Assembly: GCA_048887225.1 (NCBI GenBank) | Contig: JBHLJY010000001.1 | Location: forward strand, 352,001-416,000 | From: Candidatus Hodarchaeota archaeon | GTDB taxonomy: Archaea; Asgardarchaeota; Lokiarchaeia; Sigyniarchaeales; SOKP01 | DNA length: 64,000 nt | Direction: 5' to 3' | In this document: positions 9,703 to 19,554 of the stretch, one piece after another | Layout: each line of letters opens with the position of its first letter | How positions within the stretch are numbered: position 1 is the first letter of the stretch | Program-made: the position numbers and the translations under genes | The notes under the pieces: generated by a model | What the model was told of the DNA's origin: nothing | Databases searched by the model: none | What the model saw: the letters and a program-made list of their open reading frames with translations, nothing else

Positions 9703-11043
9703 ATGAAAAGATTGAAAAAAGCAATTTTAGTCGGATTTATTTCTTTTTCAATAATTTATATGATGTCAGTAAGTTTGGTTTTATTATTGGATGAAGATGG
9801 CAACGGGGCTGAGGGGGGAGGTGCGGAGGTCCAATTTTTACCAATAGTAATAGAATATGAAATAAAAGGAATCAGATTAACTTTCATTCATAATTTTAAT
9901 GATTCTGTTGTAATATCCTGGTTTACTGATTGGCTTTTGGATAATTATGAACCATTTGTTCGGTATTCCAGTGAATCAGATTTATCCAATTTTATCGAAA
10001 TTAAAGCAAACCGAAAATATATTAGTGGCACATTTATTTATACAGCAGAATTAGTAGATTTACGTCCTAATAGAACATACTTTTATCAAATCAGGTGTGA
10101 TGAATATAGTAAACGAGAAATAATGAGTTTTACTACCATGGCGAATAACACAGACCACATAAGATTTTTGGTTTGGGGTGATACGCAAGCAGGATTGGCT
10201 CGGGGAATTATTCTTTCTCAAAAAATGATGGAGAATAATTTCAAAGATAATTTTGAGTTCACAATTAAAACTGGAGATATCGTAGATGATGGAAGAGAGC
10301 AGTATCAATGGGATGATTATTTTATTGGTACTGAATGTTTAAATGCATATAAACAAGGAATTTATTGCGAAGGAAATCATGACACTAATGATGGAAAATC
10401 TCCGGTAACTGAAATGTATGATAATTTGCCTATGGGTAATAATTACACTAATCGTTATTATTCTTTTAGTTATGGAGGTATAGGTTTTATAATTCTCAAT
10501 TCTAATAAATATGCTGAAGGAGATGATATTCAAACGGATTGGCTTAACCAAACATTAATTCAATTTTCTCAAGAAAATTTATTTAACTTGGTATTTTTGC
10601 ATCATCCTTTATTACATGATGAGCGTGCAGGTGAATCTGATTATTATAGAGCCAATTGGAGACCTTTATTCGAGCAATATAATGTATCTATTATATTTTC
10701 TGGACATAATCATCATTATGAGCGAAGTTATCCCATTATTAATTCTTCTGTTAATCCAGAAACTATAGAATTTAATAATTCAACGCTTTATAATTATACA
10801 TATCTTAATGATCCAATTTATATAGTTTCTGGAGGGGGAGGGCACCTCTTATATGAACCTGATCGATGTAAGTGCTCAACCCACGATTTTAGAGCAAAAT
10901 TTGAGAAGGCTCTACATTTTCTACTAATTGATGTTAAAAAAAAAGCAACAAGAACTACATTATCTTTAGAAGCATGGGGGATGCCAACAGATTTCGGTGA
11001 TCTATTCTTATTCGATAATTTTACGATTTCAAAACAAAACTAG
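9703..11043 (+). CDS. Secreted/anchored purple acid phosphatase-family metallophosphoesterase with FN3-like N-domain
   Basis: Motifs GDTQ, GDIVDDG, GNHD, HHP, GHNHHYER; N-terminal hydrophobic segment. Confidence 0.88.
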   Translation: MKRLKKAILVGFISFSIIYMMSVSLVLLLDEDGNGAEGGGAEVQFLPIVIEYEIKGIRLTFIHNFNDSVVISWFTDWLLDNYEPFVRYSSESDLSNFIEIKANRKYISGTFIYTAELVDLRPNRTYFYQIRCDEYSKREIMSFTTMANNTDHIRFLVWGDTQAGLARGIILSQKMMENNFKDNFEFTIKTGDIVDDGREQYQWDDYFIGTECLNAYKQGIYCEGNHDTNDGKSPVTEMYDNLPMGNNYTNRYYSFSYGGIGFIILNSNKYAEGDDIQTDWLNQTLIQFSQENLFNLVFLHHPLLHDERAGESDYYRANWRPLFEQYNVSIIFSGHNHHYERSYPIINSSVNPETIEFNNSTLYNYTYLNDPIYIVSGGGGHLLYEPDRCKCSTHDFRAKFEKALHFLLIDVKKKATRTTLSLEAWGMPTDFGDLFLFDNFTISKQN

Positions 11044-11052
11044 TGATGCATT

Positions 11053-12282
11053 TTATATCAAGGATGCTATGAAATCAATAATATCAATTACTTTTATTTT
11101 GTTTTGAGTCTCGGGTTCCATCTCTTTCCATGCATCACTCAGACTGCCAACACAGAAGGGGCAACTCGTTATTAGAAATTGAGCTTCTGTTTCAGTAGCT
11201 TCTTTTATTCGTTCCTTTGAAATATCTAAAGCTAACTCTGGAAATTGACTTTTTACACCTCCACCAGCACCACAACACCAAGCATTTTTTTTATTTCTTT
11301 TCATTTCAATAAATTCAATTCCAGGAATTTTAAAAATAACCTCACGAGGAATATCATAAAGGTCCATATGGCGACCTAAATGACATGGATCATGATAGGT
11401 TATTTTTATTTTCTCTAGTTCCTCTGATTTAAAAGGAATTTCGTTATTATTTAACATTTCGACTAAAATTTCTGTAATGTGATTCACTTCAAAAGGCAAA
11501 TCTTCTCTTATAATTTCAGGATAATCTTTTTTCAAGGTTCTATAGCAACCTGCACACGCAGTAAATACTTTTTTTGCACCCATATCTTTAAGCATATCGA
11601 CATTATACTTCAATGTCTCTTCAATGGTTTCACCAATGCGTAATCCGATAGAACCACAGCACCACTCTTCTTTAGAGATAGCTAATTCCTTTCCAGCTGC
11701 TTGTAGAATTTTTACCATATTTTTTAAAGTGCTTGACTGTCTAAGAGGCATTGTACAACCAGCAAAAAAAACAAATTCTCCTTTTTCCTTTATATTTGGG
11801 AACTCTGCAATCCATTCATACTTTTTATCTTTATTCTCTCCGTAAGGATTTCTCATTATATCATTATTCATGTTTGCAACTATATCTATGTGTCTATCAA
11901 TGGGGGCGAATCCTGCTTCAACTAAATCTTTTCTTAGCGCTTCCCATACTTTAACATGATCAATCCAATTGCATGTTGGAAGTAAAATATAATCATTCCG
12001 GCTTTGATGACAAACTTCTGTACAGTTTCCACATTCCGAACATTGATAAATTAATTCAGCAAGTTCCTGGCTTAGAGGAATTTGCCCCATTAGAATTGAC
12101 TTTAATACATTCATTCTTCCTCGAGAAAAGTAAATTTCAAAGTCATCTCCAGTTTTAGCCTCCTTTATGGGGCATGTTAGATACCTTCCTGCAAAAGGTC
12201 TTATTGCGTAACCACAATCTCCACATCCCATACAAGCCATAATTGCTTCCCATTCTTTTTTTAAATTTTCTAATTTACTCAT
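11053..12282 (-). CDS. Fe-S oxidoreductase, GlcF/GlpC/HdrD-like (CCG domains)
   Basis: CxxCxxC ferredoxin motifs, EEWCCG, YHDPCHLGR, CCGAGGG, TSCPFC. Confidence 0.9.
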   Translation of the reverse strand: MSKLENLKKEWEAIMACMGCGDCGYAIRPFAGRYLTCPIKEAKTGDDFEIYFSRGRMNVLKSILMGQIPLSQELAELIYQCSECGNCTEVCHQSRNDYILLPTCNWIDHVKVWEALRKDLVEAGFAPIDRHIDIVANMNNDIMRNPYGENKDKKYEWIAEFPNIKEKGEFVFFAGCTMPLRQSSTLKNMVKILQAAGKELAISKEEWCCGSIGLRIGETIEETLKYNVDMLKDMGAKKVFTACAGCYRTLKKDYPEIIREDLPFEVNHITEILVEMLNNNEIPFKSEELEKIKITYHDPCHLGRHMDLYDIPREVIFKIPGIEFIEMKRNKKNAWCCGAGGGVKSQFPELALDISKERIKEATETEAQFLITSCPFCVGSLSDAWKEMEPETQNKIKVIDIIDFIASLI

Positions 12283-13799
12283 TTTTCATCCCCCCAAAAG
12301 TTAAATTTTCCTCGACTTAATATGAATTTTGGATCGAGTGTCTTTTTTATTGATTTCATAAGATTATAAAATTCTGGTGAATATGCTCCAATATCAACCA
12401 TATATCGCGACAAATATTCTCCCATCATATACCATTGTACTCCATGTTTAGTAACTCTTTCTAATAGAGATCTCCAAAGTTTTAGATTTATCTCCTCTAA
12501 AATTTCATGAATTTCCCCATCAAAATATTTTCCAAAACTAACAAAACCAGCTGTTAATTCTACATTATTACCGTCAACCAATGGAATTGGTCCAGTTCCA
12601 GAAATAGGTCGAGTTTTTGTAATTTCAAAAATTTTCTGCATATCTTCCGAATGTTCCATATCCCATTGATCGACATCTTGTGCTATCTTAGGAAAGGTAT
12701 TTATGGGAGTAAAACATTCCGCGGTCAATGGTATTAATCCTGGTTCCATCCCCCATAAATTATGGTAAAATAGCCAATGTCCTTGTTCAGTGTAATGCCA
12801 CTTGGCAATATTTCCATCAGAAATTTCTGGACCCAAATATTCAGATTTTTTACTTAAGATAATTTCATCTAATTGTTTAACATTTTCATTTAATTCCGCT
12901 TCTGAATTTGCTTGTATAGTATAAAAAAACATTCCGCGCTTTCTTTTTAACCTCTCCCATAATGGAAAAAATCCTCGTTCAGAACCTATCGCCACAACGA
13001 CATCAGGGATAAAAATAGCATCATAAACATCAATCCCTTTATGTCTAATTTCGGAAAATATTTGAGCGCTAGCTTCAGCAGGTTTTCTTGGGAGAAGGAA
13101 CGTTTTATAATCGGCATAAGGTGGTTTTGGAAAAACTTGTAAGGAAGCCATTGTTTTTACTCCAAAAATTCCATTATCTCCACAAAAAAGCCCAGTTAAA
13201 TCGGGACCATTACCAAATCTATTGAATGGAAACTTAGTATATTTGTTAGCCTGAGAGCCAGTTTCAATAATCTCTCCATTTGGTAAAACAACTTCCAAAG
13301 AAACCAATTGATTAGTGCATGCTCCATATTTAGCACAACCTCCACCTCCAACTGAATGATGGGAAATACCTCCTCCTATAGAAGCTGTCATACCAGATCC
13401 AGGACCCATACATCCAGTATATAAACCATAATGGCACAAATACTCGTTTAATTTGCCCCATGAAATACCTGCTTCGACAGTAGCTATTAAGTTCTCTTCG
13501 TCAAGATTTATAATATTATTCATTCTTTTCATATCCAAAACAATTCCATTATCACCAATAGGTTTGCTACCTCCAAACTCGCAATCCCCGCCGCCACGGG
13601 GTATAATTGGAACATTCTCTTCATTCGCAATTTTAAGAATTTCCGAGATTTCTTGAGCATCTTTCGGACGAATAACTATATCGGGAACTCCTTGTAATAC
13701 AGGGTCAATATTTCTTGAATAAGCGTGCCTAGTATATATGCTGTTTGAAATAAATTTTTCCGAAACAATATTTTCTAATTTTTGATACAATTCTGACAT
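12279..13799 (-). CDS. FAD-binding oxidoreductase (GlcD/D-lactate dehydrogenase family)
   Basis: PDIVIRP, IPRGGG, VEAGI, LEVVLPNGEII, GPDLTGLFCG, KKTLDPKFILSRGK. Confidence 0.9.
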   Translation of the reverse strand: MSELYQKLENIVSEKFISNSIYTRHAYSRNIDPVLQGVPDIVIRPKDAQEISEILKIANEENVPIIPRGGGDCEFGGSKPIGDNGIVLDMKRMNNIINLDEENLIATVEAGISWGKLNEYLCHYGLYTGCMGPGSGMTASIGGGISHHSVGGGGCAKYGACTNQLVSLEVVLPNGEIIETGSQANKYTKFPFNRFGNGPDLTGLFCGDNGIFGVKTMASLQVFPKPPYADYKTFLLPRKPAEASAQIFSEIRHKGIDVYDAIFIPDVVVAIGSERGFFPLWERLKRKRGMFFYTIQANSEAELNENVKQLDEIILSKKSEYLGPEISDGNIAKWHYTEQGHWLFYHNLWGMEPGLIPLTAECFTPINTFPKIAQDVDQWDMEHSEDMQKIFEITKTRPISGTGPIPLVDGNNVELTAGFVSFGKYFDGEIHEILEEINLKLWRSLLERVTKHGVQWYMMGEYLSRYMVDIGAYSPEFYNLMKSIKKTLDPKFILSRGKFNFWGDEK

Positions 13800-13840
13800 T
13801 TTTGATACCTTAGATAATGATAATTTGAATATAGTTAATA

Positions 13841-13852
13841 TTGAGTACTCAA
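13841..13852. promoter_or_regulatory. Perfect palindrome TTGAGTACTCAA, candidate operator
   Basis: Lies 42 bp upstream of the 13799 start, just downstream of a minus-strand TATA-like element at about 13858-13868. Confidence 0.45.
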
Positions 13853-13972
13853 ATAAAATAAATATATTTCTTTGAAATATTAATTAAAATAGAGATTTTC
13901 ACATACTTGAATTTAATTAAAATTTAAAAAAATTCAATAATTAATTAAAAGAGAATTTAACCCAAACATATA

Positions 13973-14581
13973 TTGATCTTGTGGAAAATGGAAAAAATAA
14001 GAAAATATACAATATTAACAACATTATGCGTTATTTTGATTATTCCAATATTTTTTGGAATCTATAGCGAATATCTTTATGCAAGAAATTTAAACTTATT
14101 TGTTATCTTGATTTTATTGCTTAGTATGCTTATGCTCCTTTTAATAGGCAAATTAATTGGAATTTATGGTTATGATAACGAAAGTATTGAAAAGATGAGA
14201 AAACACGATGTCATTGAAGCGTTGATAAATAAAACGAATAAACTGAGATTATGGCTTTTCTTTCCGATAATTATAGTAATAGAGGAGCTAATTTTTAGAT
14301 ATTATTGTATCGGTTTTTTAATAAATCAAGTAGATGTAGATGTCATTATGGCCATATTAATCTCAAGTTTGGTTTTTTCTTTATTTCACATTCACATCTG
14401 GTTTTCTTTTAAGAATTTAAGAATTTTATTAATAAATCTAAGTTATTCATTTTTGATTGGTTTATTTAACGGATATACTTTTATAACTTTAGGACTTTTC
14501 CCTTGTATTGGATTTCATTATGCTTTAGCGATCTTATTATATTACGACATTTATAGAAAAAATTTCAAACCAGCAAATTAA
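13973..14581 (+). CDS. CPBP (Abi/Rce1-like CAAX protease II) intramembrane metalloprotease
   Basis: EELIFR, FSLFH and a final H (CIGFH) motifs; multiple TM helices. Confidence 0.8.
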   Translation: MILWKMEKIRKYTILTTLCVILIIPIFFGIYSEYLYARNLNLFVILILLLSMLMLLLIGKLIGIYGYDNESIEKMRKHDVIEALINKTNKLRLWLFFPIIIVIEELIFRYYCIGFLINQVDVDVIMAILISSLVFSLFHIHIWFSFKNLRILLINLSYSFLIGLFNGYTFITLGLFPCIGFHYALAILLYYDIYRKNFKPAN

Positions 14582-14642
14582 TAGATTTTGACAAGCTGCT
14601 AAATAAAATTTTGAAATAAATAAAAAAAAATAAGTTTTAAAA

Positions 14643-16370
14643 TTACATTTTTCTGAGAGATTTTTTATCAATCTTGCCAATAACAGTGAGAGGTAGGTTA
14701 TCAGAAATTTCGATAATTTTAGGTATCTTATATTTAGCTAAATTTTCTTGTGCGAATTTTAAAATATCTGCCTTCGTTTCTTCATTATTCTCATATCCTT
14801 CCTTCAATAATACATATAATTTGACTATTTCGGAGCCTGGACGATCGGGATCGGGAATGCCGATACTTGCACAAAGCTCAATTGCGGGATGTTTATTCAT
14901 TTTATCGTCAACTTCTACGCTGAATACTTTATATCCTGAAACAATTATCATATCTTTTGTTCGGTCAACTATTTTTATATACCCATCCTCATCCATAATT
15001 CCGACATCTCCAGAATAGAACCACCCTTCTTTTAGGGCATTTTTAGTCTCTTCTGGCTTATTCCAATAACCCTGAAAAATTTGAGGACCTCTTATTGCAA
15101 TCTCACCCGCCTGGCCAATTGGAACCTCTTTTTCTTTTTCTATGACATCTACTAATTTAACTTCTGTATTCGGTAATGGAACACCAACGGTTCCGATTTT
15201 TTTTGGCCCTAGATAAGGATTCATTGTTACGCCAGGAGATGCTTCTGTCATACCATATGCTTCTAATACCTTTCCTTTACCAACCACATCCTCAAATTCA
15301 TTTATGCTTTTTGTTGCGAATGGCGCAGCACCAGAAATATATCCCTGAACAGAACTTAAATCTAATTTTTTGAATTTTCGATTTTTTAAAAGCATAAGAT
15401 AGAGCGTTGGTACATTATAAAAGAGAGAGATTTTGCCTTCATATTCTTTCAATTTATTTACAATATAAGACACATCTCTCGGGTCTGGCACTAATATTTG
15501 TGAACTCGACATATAAACTGTCTGTAGGCAAAATTGTAAACCAGCTAGGTGAAAGAAAGGAAATCCAGAAATATATATATCTCCCGGATTAGCACCAGGT
15601 TTAAACCAATGTTCAATTATTTGCAGCATAGATATCAAATTTCTATGAGTTAAAATTGCGCCTTTAGGAGGACCAGTGGTTCCGCCTGTATATTGAAGTA
15701 ATAGAACGTCGTCAGGTTCGATTTTGACATCAGGAGGTTTATCACTTGGATATTTTTCTAAAATTTCATTATATGTGAAGTATTTTATTCCCTTAATAGG
15801 CTCTACTTTTCCAAATGGAATCCTACCTATTTTTATCAGTTGTTCTTTCATAGATGGCTCTATATCTAACGTATCTGCCGCACTTGTAGTAATAACGATC
15901 TTAACATCAGTTTCTCCTCCTTGAAGCGCTTCTCTAACCTTTTCTTCATAAAAAGAATCAAGAGTTACTATAGCAACTGCTCCACAATCTTTTAATTGAT
16001 ACGTTATCTCGTGAGAAGAGAGGAGAAAATTTATGCCTGAAGCAGCACATCCCGAGCAGAACGTTCCAAATAGGCTTACAATAAATTGCGGAAGGTTTGG
16101 TAAATTTATAGCCACTCTATCGCCTTTTTTTAAACCATTTTCAACAAGACATTTAGCAAAACTATTAACTAACTTTTCTGCTTCTTTAAACGTCGCACGA
16201 GAACCTTGAAAATCGTAACAAAGATTATCTGGATAATTGTTAACGGTTCTTTGAAACATTTCAGCTATTGAATAAACCTCTATCTCAATCTCCGGCTTTA
16301 CGTGGTCGTCATAAGATTTTAACCATATTTTTGACGAATATGGACTACTTTCACTAGTTTTTTGTGTAAT
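14643..16370 (-). CDS. fadD: Long-chain fatty acid-CoA ligase; probable true start ATT 16370 (track start 16259)
   Basis: YTGGTTGPPKG, AYGMTE, SGD, DRTKD and GKIDKK motifs. The in-frame upstream extension contains the family-typical KIWLKSYD. Confidence 0.9.
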   Translation of the reverse strand: MTQKTSESSPYSSKIWLKSYDDHVKPEIEIEVYSIAEMFQRTVNNYPDNLCYDFQGSRATFKEAEKLVNSFAKCLVENGLKKGDRVAINLPNLPQFIVSLFGTFCSGCAASGINFLLSSHEITYQLKDCGAVAIVTLDSFYEEKVREALQGGETDVKIVITTSAADTLDIEPSMKEQLIKIGRIPFGKVEPIKGIKYFTYNEILEKYPSDKPPDVKIEPDDVLLLQYTGGTTGPPKGAILTHRNLISMLQIIEHWFKPGANPGDIYISGFPFFHLAGLQFCLQTVYMSSSQILVPDPRDVSYIVNKLKEYEGKISLFYNVPTLYLMLLKNRKFKKLDLSSVQGYISGAAPFATKSINEFEDVVGKGKVLEAYGMTEASPGVTMNPYLGPKKIGTVGVPLPNTEVKLVDVIEKEKEVPIGQAGEIAIRGPQIFQGYWNKPEETKNALKEGWFYSGDVGIMDEDGYIKIVDRTKDMIIVSGYKVFSVEVDDKMNKHPAIELCASIGIPDPDRPGSEIVKLYVLLKEGYENNEETKADILKFAQENLAKYKIPKIIEISDNLPLTVIGKIDKKSLRKM

Positions 16371-16469
16371 ATTTGATCACTTTATAAATATTTTTACTAA
16401 ATTCAACTAAATTTAATATATAAAATTCAGATATTTCGATATATAAAATTATTCACATTCGATTTTATT

Positions 16470-16702
16470 TTTAAAAAAAAGAAAAAGAGGTTAAAAAAAA
16501 GGTTAAAAAATTCCGATTATTCTTTTTCAAGAAAGGCGATTGGGGTATGGTAATTAGCAATGAATTTTTTTAGTAGGTGGTTCACATCCACCTCTACACC
16601 CGCCCCTTTAGGAGCAAGGATTACATTTTGGATCAGATTGGGATATTTTTTACCTTTTTTTCTAATGTCTAAAATCTTTCAATTGATATTTAAATGTTTT
16701 TC
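16470..16702 (-). other. Small standalone transcription unit (structured ncRNA or interrupted Cys-rich peptide gene)
   Basis: BRE-TATA GAAAAACATTTAAATAT (16702-16686), GC-rich core with hairpin AGGTGG-N7-CCACCT, and T-rich terminator-like tracts at 16510-16470. Confidence 0.45.
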
Positions 16703-16767
16703 AAATAAATTATAAGCCTCAAAACTATATTTGATAGTAAAAAAAATTATGAAAAATCACAATACAC

Positions 16768-16956
16768 TTATTTTTCTAAAAGTTCCTCAAGTAATTTGAT
16801 AATTGCCTTATTTTGCCAATATAGTGCTTGAATCATACGCATAGTAGCATAATCAAACATAGCAGTATCTCTGACTTTATACCCTCGGACGATTTTTAAT
16901 GTTTTATCATAGATAGTTTTTGCTTTCTCTTCCAATTCTGTTGTTATTTGAGTCAT
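16768..16956 (-). CDS. Small hypothetical protein (62 aa)
   Basis: ORF with GTGA SD-like site and amphipathic helical composition. Confidence 0.65.
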   Translation of the reverse strand: MTQITTELEEKAKTIYDKTLKIVRGYKVRDTAMFDYATMRMIQALYWQNKAIIKLLEELLEK

Positions 16957-17046
16957 ATAATCACTTTAAATTTAAATTATGTTTTTATATATCTCTAAGA
17001 TTATCTTAGTCAAAAAATTATCGTTTAAATCTTAAAATTTCTTTTT

Positions 17047-19539
17047 TTAGCCCACAAATCTCGTTTGTACTTGCTCATATAGATTTTGTTTATAAACCGT
17101 TCTTAAACCTATAAATGAACCTAATATGTAAAGGATTAATGGCGGAATAGTTATCATTATAATAGCCGTAATTCCGATGATTATTTCGAGTGCAAAATTT
17201 TCAGCATACACTTGCCCCATCTGTAGAGTTAGAGGATAGGTAAATGCGATTGCTAAAATGATAGGAATTATTCCTTGTAAAATGTTTTCAGTTAATATAA
17301 TTCTAAAAACGCTCATCTTTGAGTATCCTAAAGATCTCAATATACCATATTCGTAGTTTTTATCATAGATATTCATAACTGAATTATAAAACACAATAAA
17401 AAAAGAAACTAATAATGTATAAAATATGATTACATAAAGCACAGCAGAGTAATTATTTATAAATTCAATCGCTTTCTCATTCATTTCTTCAGCATCGAAG
17501 ATTACCTCAATATTACTAAGATCATAGATCTCTTCTATAATATCATCTTTATCAACATCACCATCAAGAATTATATATATTCCATCAATGAAGTTTAAAC
17601 CATTATAAAATATGTTTTTTCCAGCTTCTAATGTTACATAAGGTGTGACAACCAATTCCGAATGGACACCAACAATTTTAAATTTAAATTCTTGATTCGC
17701 AGCATTTTTAATTGTTAATTTATCCCCAACTTCTTTATCAAGTTTGTGAGCATGAACTGACGATATCACAATTTCATCATCATCTTCAGGCGGGGAATTA
17801 TCGTGCTTATCGCCATACCATGAAAATTGATGAAATTTACTATTTGCGATATCAATTCCCAGCAAATTAAGATTTTGATCATCTTTATCTCCTTTAGCTT
17901 TCGCTAAAACTACTCCTTTACAGTAAACTTTAATATCATCAACGCCCTTAATTTTTTCAATTTGCTCTATTACATTATTTTTCATTGATAAATTGACGCT
18001 CGTTTGAAAAATGACATTCAAATCCCACGTTTCAGAGGATTCAACTGTACTTTCTTCGGTAGCATACGTTCTATCTATGTTATAATACATAGAATCAAGC
18101 AGACTTTCTGTTGAAGATATAATCAGTAGGGAAAACGTCATAGCGATGATCGTAAATGCAAATCTTTTTGGATTCTTGAATAGATTACGAAATACCAATC
18201 GTTTAGTTATTTTCCGCGATTTTTTGGGTTCTTTGACTTTTTTGATTTTCCTGGTAACTTCTGTTTGCTCATAGATCAATTCTGCGATAACCATCTTATT
18301 AATTTTCCTGATTGAAAAATAGGTACTAAAGAATACGAGCAGCGTTCCAATAATTAATCCAAGATACATAACTCCTGGTAGAAAAATGAAGGGGAAATCT
18401 AATACGCTTAGGTTTGCCATTTCAGCAAGCATCACGCTCAGCATTAGATAACCTAAACCAAAACCCACTATGATTCCTATTGGAATAGATATAACAGAAA
18501 TTACGAAAACATTAAACAGAAAATACTTTAAAATATCTTTTCGCGTATATCCCAAACCTAATAGAACTCCAATTTGTTGTTTTTGGCGATTAACGTATCG
18601 ATTAAATATGACAAATACAATAATTCCCCCCAATAATGCCATGAAAATTAATAAAATCATCATGATTTCGCCTGTGTCTTCAACATCCGCCTTCATCAAT
18701 GAATATGCATATGAATCCTCGAATTTTTCCGATTTTTCTATATTAAGACCGCAAATAACACTTAGATATTCTTTCAACTCATCATGCCCATCTGACACGT
18801 CGTCTTTAAAGGTGACAGCAATGTTGTTATAATCTACTTGCTTGTAATAATTTATAAGGTCTGTGTAATCCTCAGGAGAAGTATTATTTATAGCAATAAA
18901 ATATTCAATAATATAGTTTTTAAGAGAATCTTTTGCTATAAAAATTAGTGCCATTGACCCTTCAATTGGGAATAAGTACTCGGGATTTGAGGTCATAACA
19001 ACAAATTCAGGAGCACTACATATACCGAGTATATTTATTTCTGCGTTATTGAGGCCATCGATTTCAATTTCATCACCTATATCTATATCATTTTTCTCAG
19101 CGAATAAACTATCTATTACAGCTGTATTATTTTCATTTTTATCAAAATTTTCCCCTAATTGAATATTGTAATTATAAACTTCTGGCTCTTCTATACGCGA
19201 ATCTAAGCCTACGAGTAATACATATTTTTTCTCATCTTGACCTGGTAGGGTCATTGATGTCGTCCAAAAGAGGCGTCCAGTATAATCATCAACTTCATCA
19301 AGATATTCTAAACCATCTAGTTGAGCTTGAGTAATCCATGTATCATCAGATAATTGATAGGTGTAATCTGCATGGTCTACATCATCAAAATATAAATCCA
19401 TCATAGGAATCGCTGCTTGGGTCGCATAATATAGGCCTAATCCTCCTCCTAGCGATAATATTATAGTCATTATGATGAGATAACTACGCCACCCGAGGTT
19501 CCTAAAATCTTTAACTGCTTTTTTAAGGAGTATATTCAT
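17047..19539 (-). CDS. ABC transporter permease, FtsX/MacB-like with duplicated domains
   Basis: Two TM-plus-extracellular units; RQKQQIGVLLGLGY and EYGILRSLGY motifs. Confidence 0.9.
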   Translation of the reverse strand: MNILLKKAVKDFRNLGWRSYLIIMTIILSLGGGLGLYYATQAAIPMMDLYFDDVDHADYTYQLSDDTWITQAQLDGLEYLDEVDDYTGRLFWTTSMTLPGQDEKKYVLLVGLDSRIEEPEVYNYNIQLGENFDKNENNTAVIDSLFAEKNDIDIGDEIEIDGLNNAEINILGICSAPEFVVMTSNPEYLFPIEGSMALIFIAKDSLKNYIIEYFIAINNTSPEDYTDLINYYKQVDYNNIAVTFKDDVSDGHDELKEYLSVICGLNIEKSEKFEDSYAYSLMKADVEDTGEIMMILLIFMALLGGIIVFVIFNRYVNRQKQQIGVLLGLGYTRKDILKYFLFNVFVISVISIPIGIIVGFGLGYLMLSVMLAEMANLSVLDFPFIFLPGVMYLGLIIGTLLVFFSTYFSIRKINKMVIAELIYEQTEVTRKIKKVKEPKKSRKITKRLVFRNLFKNPKRFAFTIIAMTFSLLIISSTESLLDSMYYNIDRTYATEESTVESSETWDLNVIFQTSVNLSMKNNVIEQIEKIKGVDDIKVYCKGVVLAKAKGDKDDQNLNLLGIDIANSKFHQFSWYGDKHDNSPPEDDDEIVISSVHAHKLDKEVGDKLTIKNAANQEFKFKIVGVHSELVVTPYVTLEAGKNIFYNGLNFIDGIYIILDGDVDKDDIIEEIYDLSNIEVIFDAEEMNEKAIEFINNYSAVLYVIIFYTLLVSFFIVFYNSVMNIYDKNYEYGILRSLGYSKMSVFRIILTENILQGIIPIILAIAFTYPLTLQMGQVYAENFALEIIIGITAIIMITIPPLILYILGSFIGLRTVYKQNLYEQVQTRFVG

Positions 19540-19554
19540 TTTTTAAGCAAACCA

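Noticed and set aside
13973-14581. CAAX protease plus prenyltransferase-like ORF as a protein prenylation pathway
   Set aside because: The genes are 46 kb apart, CPBP proteins are ubiquitous, and no substrate or catalytic evidence is visible.
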